Below, piece by piece: positions 53,556 to 64,000 of a DNA stretch of 64,000 nt. Source of the DNA: Eledone cirrhosa (Eukaryota); NCBI GenBank assembly GCA_964016885.1, contig OZ024742.1:316138001-316202000 (forward strand), given 5' to 3'. The notes beneath the pieces were generated by a model that ran no database searches, was not told the DNA's origin, and saw only the letters and a list, made by a program, of their open reading frames with translations. The translations under genes were made by a program, and so were the position numbers. Each line of letters opens with the position of its first letter. Position 1 is the first letter of the stretch.

Positions 53556-53706
53556 AGGATTTAGTGTGCTGTGTGAGATTATCACCGAAAGTTTGGACAT
53601 GCGGAATATCTGCGCGAAGATGGTGCCGAAGCTGCTAAACGATGAACAGAAGATGCGGCGCATGCAGGTGTTTTAGGACATCCTCGGGCGTCTTGAAAGC
53701 AAACCG
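53556..53706 (+). mobile_element. Mariner transposase fragment
   Basis: IITESLDMRNICAKMVPKLLNDEQKMRRMQVF*DIL matches the mariner (W/M)VP..L linker region. Confidence 0.85.
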
Positions 53707-54609
53707 TTAAAAACACTCGAGAGAGAGAAGGAAAACATTTTTTGAGAAAAATCACGTACATAGAAATGCTGGACAGATGGGTATCTTAGGTATTAAAAAC
53801 GTTTAGGAAGGGAGGTAATCGTTGTATATTTTGAGTGGGCACATTTGTGAGTGTGTGCGTGTGTAGATTTGTTTGAGCAAATGTATGAAGGATGGTCGTT
53901 GGACCGTAACGCCCCTGGTTGCTGTAAGATTAATAAAATGTGATTGAGCGCGTGAGCATGAACTAGACAACGTAGAGAGGTGTACAAATATTATATGAAA
54001 TTCTGCGTATGTATACACACACACACACGTAGAAGCAGTCACACAGGGTTGTGTAGTAAATGAGGCGGTAAAAAATAAGGTGTATCTTTATATGTTTCAG
54101 TTCCCGCCATGGCCGTAACAGAAACTGCTTAGCTTCGGCTACGACGATATCGTGGTACAACCACAAACAGCTGAACTACGAAGTGTGGATGTAATACTTA
54201 CATGGAGGGAGATAGAGCCGGGAATTGGTGAGAAGGAAGTAAATGTTGAGAAACATTCAACAGTGACGGTGCCACAGCCGCAGCGCTAGGTGCCACGAGA
54301 ACAGAAATGCAGGCAAAAGAGAACGATCACACATGTACTCTTAAGCGAGAGCCCTGGGAAATTTGTGTCGGATAGCTAGATATATGCGTATGTCTGCATC
54401 TGTGTGTGTGTGTGTGTGTGTGTGCTGAACAAACACAAGACTGATCTTTAGCCAACCTTTCTAGGCTGGCTTTTCAGCAGAAAAGGATGTTAGCAGACAT
54501 AATAGCCTGAAATGAAAGTAAACCGCTGACGGCCCCAAACATGAGACAATACTTGATGGCAGTCGCCATACAAACTTGACTGTAAGTGACAATACAAAGA
54601 AGGAGACAT

Positions 54610-54798
54610 AATTGTTTCTACTTTTGGCACAAGGCCAGCAATTATCTCAGTGTATTACTGGTACTTTATTTTATCGACCTCGTAAGGATGAAAGGTAAAG
54701 TTAACCTCGGTGGGATTTGAACTCAGACCGTAAAGGAACGTAACTATGCTAGAAAGCATAGCGTCCAACCCTCTACCGATACTACCAATTCACCGCCC
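54610..54798 (-). mobile_element. Nin/Deu-domain SINE
   Basis: Consensus match. Confidence 0.9.
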
Positions 54799-54938
54799 CT
54801 TATATATATACACAATATATAATATATATATAACATTAAAAGTCGATTGACATATATATATATAAAATAAACACATCAAACATTTACAGGGGATATTTAT
54901 CCCCTGTAATTGTTTGACGTGTTTATTTTATATATATA

Positions 54939-55825
54939 CTAGCAGAATGGCCCGGCGTTGCTCGGGATTCTAAACATAGATTGGCATGTTTATCCCGCCT
55001 TTCTGAAACAGTACAGAGAAGTACGAGATACCTCGGCCTGGGGATGGTGTCTACATTTTGTGCTTATGAAAAAAATTAGTCGTAGATTACCAGAGGTTTA
55101 ACTTAATTGGGTACCTGAGAGTAAAATGTTCAACCCACGAAAGCCAAGACGATAGGGTTAAGTAAAAAGGCATTCGACAAACCGGACATGTATTTGTTGT
55201 GCTATGGTACAATGAAAGCAATAGTTACAGATCAGTAAGCATGTGGGACTGCAGTGGTGGGGAGTGGTGTTGTCTTACTCCTTTCAATGTTTTGTCGTAT
55301 GTTCACCAATTGATGCAGAAGTCCTAATAAAAATTGAAGTCGCCTTGGGTGAATAGGCAAATCATTTTCCATTACGATTTTTCAAAAGCATGTAATTGCG
55401 TTCCCTCTCTTTTTTGTTGTTTTTGCTGGTGTTTATATTTTGTTTTTGTGTATGCAAAAATATATATATATATAATTATATATATATATATCATCATCAT
55501 CATTTCATTTTACGTCCGCTTTTTCCCTGCTTGCAAGGATGGGACAGGAACTGATTCTGGCTTGATTTCTACAGCTGGATGCCCTTCCTAACACCAACCT
55601 TATTTACAGTGAGTGCTGGGTGCTTTTTTGCCGTGGCACCTCCACGACCACTTTGCAGTGGAATGATATGGACTCCAGACCCTATCATCTCATTTCTACA
55701 GCTGAGTAAACTGGAGCAATGTGAAATAAAGTGTCTTGCTCAAGGAAACAACACATCACACGGTCTGAGAATTGAACTCACAACCTTTTGATTGCAATGC
55801 TCTAACCACTAAGCCATGTGCCTCC

Positions 55826-55890
<65 letters not shown>

Positions 55891-56122
55891 TAGCGTCATA
55901 ATGGCGTAATGCAGACAGTCAGACATACAGACATATATTATAAGGGCGCGACGTTCGGCGCCTAATGCGGTCCTTAGGGCATTGAACATTTGAAATTGTT
56001 TTGCTCGAAACACTTAGACGACCATAAGTATTGCGTGTGTAAAGTTTGAAAACAATCGGTTGGGTGGTTCTCAAGTTTTAGGGAGTCAGACAGACAGCCA
56101 TTCTCTGTTTTAGATATATAGA
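54939..56122 (-). mobile_element. Non-autonomous Helitron with nested SINE fragments and microsatellites
   Basis: Same CCCGAGCAACGCCGGG hairpin + CTAG 3' end as 47994; 5' A|TCTATATATCTAAAAC; CORE-like SINE at ~55490-55825 inside. Confidence 0.75.
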
Positions 56123-56260
56123 TATATATGTCAATCGACTTTTAATTTAATGTTAATAAATGCTCGGATTTATTACTTGGAATCTTTGAGCTTATTCCAC
56201 CGGTGATGTGGCGCATACTTCTGATATTCTCAGGCATGGCATCTTTAATTCAATTTTGGT

Positions 56261-56316
<56 letters not shown>

Positions 56317-56449
56317 CATATATATATACACATATATAAATATATGTTGATGAGTCTAGCATAGGTTTCACTGCCAGTAAACTCCCAGAGTAGACACATA
56401 GTTATTCGCTTTAACACAACACACGTATGTGTGTGTGTGTGTGTGTGGA

Positions 56450-56480
<31 letters not shown>

Positions 56481-56915
56481 GTGTGTCTCTGTGTGTGTAT
56501 GTATATGTGTGTCTGTGTGTGTATGTCTGTGAAATGTGTATGTGTGTTTGCGTATGTTTGTATACACACACAATTAAAAGAATACAGGCAAACAATTCGA
56601 CTCTTCGACGTTAGATTCCCAATTATACATTCAGCCATTAGTGAAACTAAGCCATACAAATGAATTGCTTATGTAGTAACCTTGGAAAAATTCATGCAAC
56701 CTATAGTTTTGACCTATATTCACATACATTCATCTCGTCAAATAAACAATGAAAATACGTCCAGCATTTTTCATGAGTTCAACGATTTCAATGCATTCAT
56801 TTTCATTGTCGACTAATGTATTCAACAAAGGGAACTCTGTCGTTTACAGATATTAAGAAAATCATAAGTTGCTTAGTTGTGTGACGTCTCTGTCTTTCCT
56901 TAATATATTTCTTAT

Positions 56916-57096
56916 TGGCAGTATTGGTAGAGGGTCGGACGCCATACTTTGACGTATAGAGTTACGGCCCTTGCCATTCTGAGTTCAAATCCCGCCGAGG
57001 TTAACTTTGCCTTTCATCCTTACGGGGTCGATAAAATAAAGTACCAGTAATACACTGGTTAATTGTTGGTCTTGTGCCTAACGTAGAAACAATTAC
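56916..57096 (+). mobile_element. Nin/Deu-domain SINE
   Basis: Consensus match. Confidence 0.9.
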
Positions 57097-57302
57097 TTTC
57101 TTAATCCAACATCCAAAACAACTAACTACTTTCACTAAAGTAACTTACCTATTTTGTGACCTGCTTATTACTTAGCTACCTACTTACAACACACAGACAC
57201 GCTTAAACACACACACACATACGCACACATACACACACCCACACCCACACCCACACACACACAAATCTATCTTTGTAGCTATCTAGCTATCTATCTACGG
57301 CT

Positions 57303-57830
57303 CCCCCCTTCAAAGATGAAGCAGAGGCGGTGTTTCTGTGCGTAATAGCCATGGCGAAAGAGGTTGTATGGTGGACGCGTCTGAAAGGACTGAGGTCAGG
57401 CACCTTTCTCTCTGGCCAACAACTGGTCCGTTTCTTCCGATATCATTTCGGAAGAAGGATCAGGATGGAGAGAGAGGTGCTGCACCCCAGCCGTTTCTAT
57501 GAAAGATGGGTGAAAGTGGCGAGAATGGCCCGTGTGAATGGGCCTTCACTCTACATCAGACTATAGGTGAGGAAGATGAAAGACCAAGGGAGCACCCCTT
57601 CTCTGTGCTCCTGAGGAGAAGGGTTGCACACTTTTTTCGGGGGTGTGTGCGACCCCCCAAGGCGCCTCCTCTCTATTGAGGATTTTGTTATAAATTTTAT
57701 TTTTTGTTATATCTTATTTTATTTTTATATTTTGTTATTGCCTCCTCCTTATTGAGGACGCCTTTTTGTGTAAACTCCCCCCTTTGTACTTGTCCCACTT
57801 TTGATGCCCTAGTGACAAATAAAAGAAACA
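57303..57830 (+). mobile_element. 5'-truncated L1/Tx1-like LINE (ORF2 C-terminus + 3' UTR)
   Basis: Open frame ...AVFLCVIAMAKEVVWWTRLKG...FYERWVKVAR...* to 57566, AATAAA at ~57818, perfect 15-bp TSD TATCTATCTACGGCT at 57288-57302 and 57831-57845. Confidence 0.8.
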
Positions 57831-58235
57831 TATCTATCTACGGCTGACTAACACTACACGTGCTTCCTTCTGTCTTCTTTTTCCCCATTTATCTTTTTGT
57901 GCCCTCGTCTCTTTTTCTATTTCATCTCTCTCTCAAACACCCACTCTTTTTCCTTTGTATATCTTCCGATGAAGGATTAGTGTCAACTCTATTAAACATT
58001 ATACTAATATGCCATTTAAAATAAAGTACCAGTAATGCATTGGTTAATTATTGGCCTTGTGCCAATAGTAGAAACAATTATTATATTGTGGTTTTCTCCT
58101 GTATTGATTTTTTCATGTAAATGTTTCTTATATATATATGTTAGTCAATATATTGATCTCCCACGATCAATCAACCCTCTGAAACGATTGTAAAACAATG
58201 AACTACTCTACTGACTTTTGTTTTGTTTTCATTGT

Positions 58236-58317
<82 letters not shown>

Positions 58318-58951
58318 ACTCGGGAAATGAACGGGTGTATTGCTGAGTATTCCATATACAGGCGTGTCCTTAACGTAATTCCCATTGAAATTCAGCATAA
58401 CACATTGTGTGACAATGATGAGCTTTTGAAATACAGGTACATTCTGTCCAATAAAATTCTAAGCAGTTTGCATTAAAACCACCCAATGGTAAATGAAGCT
58501 TATCTAGGATGCCAACTTCTTAACCATTTGACTGTCTGGTTATTTGCTCTTTAATGTTTTCGACAAGGTGCATGCCCATGCAAATTATTTTAGGAAGACT
58601 AGCTGCTGCGTATGCATTCAGATTTACCCTCTACACGCCACTAAAGTTATCTAACGGAAATTCCTTTGCACTAGAATCATCAAAAACGTTGTCGTAATAA
58701 TGAAAAGAATCCCAGAACAGTTAATTGAGTTGAAAACATATGGCGCAGATCCTGGTAACGGAAGCCCTGAAAAACGCTGTTATGTGCTAACCTCCCCTAT
58801 AACTAATCCTTTAAAAACATCCAGTTGACCGTTATCCAATTGTTTCTTGATAAAAGTAACAAATCCTTTTCAGAGTTCTATCATTATATTACGCGCCCTC
58901 AGCAACTATGGTGTTAAGCCATTCGTAGTGTAAATAAAAATCCCTTATTAC

Positions 58952-59250
58952 CAGGGTTGGATTTAAACCTTGGGGGCCCGGGCTACTTCAGGTTTGGGGG
59001 GCCCTCATACACACACACACACACAAATAGAATATACAGCAACCTTCCCCCAATGTCAAAGTTAGCTTGGCGCAAGTGATTGGAATGGAAAAGTTATACA
59101 TACAGATATTAAATTCAAAATTTCTAACCATCCTAAAACAGAAAAGCTCAGCTGAGGCTACAAATAAAATGCTATGGCCGTCGCTGGTGAACTTCATTGC
59201 AGGGGGCCTTGGGAAATTGCCCCCTTTGCCACCCATTAAATCCAGTCCTG
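58952..59250. mobile_element. hAT MITE
   Basis: TIRs CAGGGTTGGATTTAA / TTAAATCCAGTCCTG; perfect 8-bp TSD CTTATTAC. Confidence 0.92.
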
Positions 59251-60154
59251 CTTATTACTGATTTAGCCGCAAACATTTCAAAACAAATATATCATTTCCA
59301 CATCGTTAAGTTTGCTGTTAAGCTATATACAAAGGTAACCGACTCTACTGTATTTACTTTACATGTTGTCTCATCTACAGTTATCACCTAAAGTTCAAAT
59401 CCTGATGGTGTTTGTTTCAAGGAATTATCTTTTATGCGGCCACATCCTGCACTCTGTGAAACAAATATTCTCAAACAATTCTAACTTATAGTGGGAAAAT
59501 TCATACAACTTAACAAATTCCTCTTCGACATGTAGCATAAATCTTTTTTATAATTAGCTCACACACTTTATAACTTGTGTTACGGAAGTGAGTTCATTGA
59601 TGTATTTTGAAACTAGATTGCTAATTGATGAAGAGAAACAGAGAATGCTGTTTGCTTCAGTGTATATTCCATTTCAGTTTTTCTTATTGGTGAAAGAGTG
59701 ATGTACGTTTTATAAACTTCAAGCGAATATTGACAAACAAGGCAAGTACTTTCTATTTACTTCCATGAAAAAATAATGGTTTCTGATTTAGGCACAAGGC
59801 CAACAATTTTAGGGGAGAAGACAGTCAATTAAATTGACCCCAGTGCATTACTGGTGCTTTTTACAATATTGATTTCATTTTTTAAATAAAAATATGCAAA
59901 TGAATCATAAATATTGCCAGCATTCAAAATTATTGCACATAATTTGTAATGACGCAATAGATAACGAACCAGGACAAAACTGACAAAATTGACGATTTAT
60001 CACCTAAGATATAGGTATTCACAAAGGAGATTTTATTGTATGTTTGTGTGGTGTATAGGAGAACAAATCTTGAATGTTAATTGTCTGTGATAAAAGTGTG
60101 ATATTTGTACCATCAATTCGTACGTATTCCAACTCATTATTAATTTCATATACG

Positions 60155-60285
60155 ACCCTTTTCATTCTGATTTCTAATCCCGCCGAGGTTAACTTTGCCT
60201 TTCATCCTTACGGAGTCGATAAAATAAAGTACCAGTAATATACTGGGTAATTGCTGGCTTTGTGCCAAAAGTAGAAACAATTATT
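60155..60285 (+). mobile_element. 5'-truncated Nin/Deu-domain SINE
   Basis: Consensus match. Confidence 0.85.
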
Positions 60286-60400
60286 AATACCAAACATTAT
60301 TATACCAAACATTACGGCTAAAACAAATCTGTTTTGGTTTATAGGGAGGTGAAAGCAACATCTGTATTTTGTCTTTAGGCATAAATCTCTTGTTTGATAT

Positions 60401-60498
60401 AGGATTTTAGGGAATCCTAATGAGTGAAATAGTATTTTAGGGAATTCTAATAAGTGGAATAGGGTTTTAGGGAATCCCAATGGATGAAATAGGGTTTT
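60401..60498. repeat. 30-bp tandem repeat x3.3
   Basis: AGGATTTTAGGGAATCCTAATGAGTGAAAT-like units. Confidence 0.9.
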
Positions 60499-60994
60499 AA
60501 TTGAAAAATTAAAACAATAAGTATCATACCTGCTAACCTCTAAAAACCCAAACGGGGAGTACCATGAAAATAAGTACTCTAAAACGAGGAGAAATGAGGT
60601 AAAATGGGGGAGATTCTACAAAATGAAAGCTATACCCATTTTAACGAGAGAAGACATCTCTCACCTACCCCAAAGTGGGTCGGAGATCTCCCCGTCAGAC
60701 GGGGAGAGTTGACAGGTCTGAAGTATAATGGTCAACTTGATAGTTCTTAAACGTTTTTATTGATGTTGTGCAGGTTCAGATCAGTGCTTATTGAGTAGAC
60801 TCATTATAAATGATGTTCCAGCCGTGGTAATTTGTTCTGTATCGAGGGTTACATTTGATTTTCCTTTTCCATGAGAGTAGATTGATTTGAAGGAATTGAG
60901 CTGCTATTTCCACCAGTGAGAGAATAGTCGTCAAATGTATCATCAACATTCAATGAGATGATGTTTCCGTCTGTTGCTGTCTCATTACAGTAGG

Positions 60995-61216
60995 TAAGAG
61001 GCCGGTGGATTGGTAGTATCGGTAGAGAGTCGGACACCATGCTTTGCAGCATAGAGTTACGGTCCTTTACGGTCTGAGTTCAAATCCCGCCGAGGTTAAC
61101 TTTGCCTTTCATCCTTACGGGGTCGATAAAATAAATCACCAATAACGTACTGGGGTCGATTTAATCGACTTTCCCCTCTCCACTAAATTACTGACCTTGT
61201 GCCTATACGAGAAATC
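60995..61216 (+). mobile_element. Nin/Deu-domain SINE
   Basis: Full-length; TSD CATTA(C/T)AGTAGG. Confidence 0.92.
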
Positions 61217-61770
61217 ATTATAGTAGGCAGGGCCAACATGATTTGTGTGAATATCACCAACGAACTTTGAATTGTTGACCACCAATCCAGTGTATTTGTT
61301 TATAAATAGAGTATGTTACATGTGTGTACTGTGCTCTGAATATCACTTCTATCATTGATCGTCTATTTTGTGGGGACGGTTGTAGATGTAGTTATATTGT
61401 CTATGTTTCCCCCTCCTGTTTAGTTTTGGTTGGCCCTTGTAAGAAAGACTGAATACACTAGACAAACAGATTTCTGCAAGCATATTTCTTGTAGAAATTG
61501 GTGCTTGTGACGTTACCTTCTGTGATTCTGACTTGAAAATCCATAAGGGTAAGCGATCCAATGTTGCTGGAGCATTTCATGCTTAGGCTTATAGGTAATA
61601 AATCTTAGCAAATGTACCACATACTGTTTCTGACTCTCTGCTAGAAAATGTAGCCAATGAAGACGGCACAATACACACACATGCGCGCACACATTCACAC
61701 ATATATATACAGAAAAAGAGAGATAGACATATATATATATATATATATATAAGATCCCGTTAATGGGGGG

Positions 61771-61876
<106 letters not shown>

Positions 61877-63199
61877 AGTGAGAAAGAATAGGCAAAATTG
61901 CTTACAGATACAACACAGCATAAGGAAATGAGCTATACGATTCTCCCACATGACTCCATTAATTAGTAAATCAATCAGGATCCTTTTTCTGTGAAACGAT
62001 TATTATGAGTCACAAGACAAGATCCAACTGACAATGCAGGATAGAAACATATGACTATCGTCTATCGACTTTTACGTTTTCATACTATGAATATGTATCA
62101 ATAAGTTAACTTATTATCCATCTCTTTGCCTTTGCTTGGCTCGATTCCCATCTCTATTTCTATCTCTCATTATATATATTTCCCTCTGTTTTTTGTTCTC
62201 AATACTATTACCTCTTCATTTGTTCTTTTATGGTTTTGTTAAGACTTCAAATGTTTACGACTGACAGACAAATCTTGTAAATAACAGCTCCGCATGTAAT
62301 GGTTCTGGTGTACTTAATTTGTTTCAAATATATTTGTCCTTTCAATATTTAAAAAGTCCAATTATTGTCTGTCTTTGAATCGGCAACCTCTCTTATTAAT
62401 TGATAATATATTGATTCAGTACGCCAGAGGTGAAGAACCGTTGTAACATCATAGGGGGAATAGCGAGTACAAAAGAAACTGTTGATTCATTACTGTTTTG
62501 AAGAAAATAATAAATCTTAAAGTCTACAATTTAAAAGATGTATCATATTACTGCTTTGGTCACTAACCCTGTAGTCGCAAGTGCAATGATTCCCATCGCC
62601 TCGTCTGACTGACTATGATTAATAATCTTATTTAAAAAAAGTTTATTATACGTCACATATTTTAACTCTTTCAGTGCACTGTACTACCCAACCGGTTTCC
62701 TCTGTGTCCTGAAAACTGTTTCCAAAAATACAAGTAAATATTATGCTGTAAACAATAAGCAATATTTTATTGAAGTGAACCCCGTTTTGCTTTTCATTTC
62801 ATCTATAACATAATAAGATGACTGTGAAATATTATTTGTTTCGTAATAACTATATGTAGGACTTTGCTTTTTGATGAGTCAGTATAAAATCAAACATTAA
62901 ATGTTAACCACATAAAGGGTTTACTAAACATATGGTAGTTAATTAGAAAAATAGTTTCTCATGGTTTAAAAGAACGTTTTCTCTATAAATATATCTAGTT
63001 ACCGTTTTGACTATATTTCGAAGATTTATAATTAGACCATGTTTGTTATATATTTTATTGGAGCAGCAGTCTATAGCTAGGTTCATATTTAGGTTATATC
63101 TAGGTTGTTGCATGAAAATAAGCCAAGAAAAAAACACAGATATATTGAAATACGTTTCTGTTATTTACATTATATGGATCAATTAGAATCTATAGCACA

Positions 63200-63560
63200 G
63201 AGTTTAAGAGATACAAAGTTTTTTAATATTTTTGGAGATAGAGTGAACTCCTTACAGCACTTCTTTTTAAACAATAATTCTGCCGAATCCTTCCAATTCC
63301 ATCACTGAGTTTAAGCTGGATTATATTCCTGGCTTTATTTTCTGACTCATATTACAAGCGCGACTATTCTCTTGACAACAGCATTACTTATTGGTGTTAT
63401 TCTAGCACAGGCACACATCTTACTTTGGCATTTATTAAAATTCAGTGAAAGTTTAATTAATATTGCTCTTCTGTAGGAACTTGTTACATTCCGTAAAGAA
63501 TTTAATACCAAAATCAACTTTATCAATAGGTATTTCCTGTCTATAGACATCATACAGACT
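63200..63560 (-). pseudogene. Possible decayed hAT-family transposase C-terminus
   Basis: ITPISNAVVKRIVALV resembles the P.SNA..ER.FS dimerisation-domain motif. Confidence 0.4.
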
Positions 63561-64000
63561 ATTGTGAAGACTTTTGTAAATCCGGGGAAACGCCTTCTCT
63601 ATTCTGTCCACCGGGGCCGCGGGCGCCCAGTGTGTGAGCCCCCATTTGCTGTTAATAATGAGAGATGGGGAGAGCGGGAGAGACGGAAGCAGTGACAGTG
63701 GGACCTGGTGTATATGTATATGTTTCACATACACACACACTCACACTGAGGTTATTCTAAGAGTGTTAAATTATATGAAATAGTAATAGTGTTTGAATAT
63801 GTATTCATACTGATGCACATTTAGTTGTATGTATTGGCTGCGTTCGAATCTCCTGAACTAATCAGTTTGCCACTGACAGCAGCTTAAGATATACCATACA
63901 AAAACGAACGTATCGATAATCTATCTGATTAACTGAGTAGTTTTCTTACAATATAATTTTGGGATATTTTTCTCGTAAAACCTTGCTAAAGTTAGTGATT

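Noticed and set aside
54195-54216. ATACTTACATGGAGGGAGATA resembles the 5' end of U1 snRNA
   Set aside because: Similarity stops after ~21 nt with no U1 stem-loops or Sm site; better explained as the reverse complement of a splice donor
56180-56240. Minus-strand CTGAGAA...GAATAAGCTC hammerhead-like relic
   Set aside because: Both core boxes are non-canonical
60401-60498. 30-bp repeats as a CRISPR-like array
   Set aside because: Contiguous tandem units without spacers, eukaryotic context, no cas genes
60849-61052. 67-aa minus-strand ORF
   Set aside because: Start lies inside a SINE; removing the SINE gives ~77 open codons with no recognisable family or splice support
62643-62660. TTAA-CTCTTTCAGTGC piggyBac-like end
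   Set aside because: No matching second end found in the window

Overview
AT-rich, repeat-dense eukaryotic (metazoan) genomic DNA. The tRNA-derived Nin/Deu-domain SINEs and very dense (TA)n/(CA)n microsatellites are typical of an octopus/cephalopod genome (inference). Most ORFs in the supplied track are microsatellite artefacts. Two things stand out. (1) A ~21 kb array (25130-46170) made almost only of GGT/GTT triplets, with nested higher-order duplications and about 19 register shifts. On the minus strand it reads as a Pro/Thr mucin-like repeat, ending at a consensus AG|GTAAGT donor at 25095, and a candidate signal-peptide exon lies upstream at 52399-52482. A plus-strand Val/Gly reading and a non-coding satellite reading cannot be excluded. 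(2) A set of short fold-back elements embedded in (TA)n tracts that carry hammerhead-ribozyme cores: one apparently intact type I hammerhead at 7064-7149 (-) and several decayed copies, together with a decayed Penelope-like RT fragment. The rest is SINEs, hAT MITEs, two non-autonomous Helitrons, and mariner, RTE, L1/Tx1-like and CR1-like relics. No intact conventional gene could be established, and all coordinates were read by eye.
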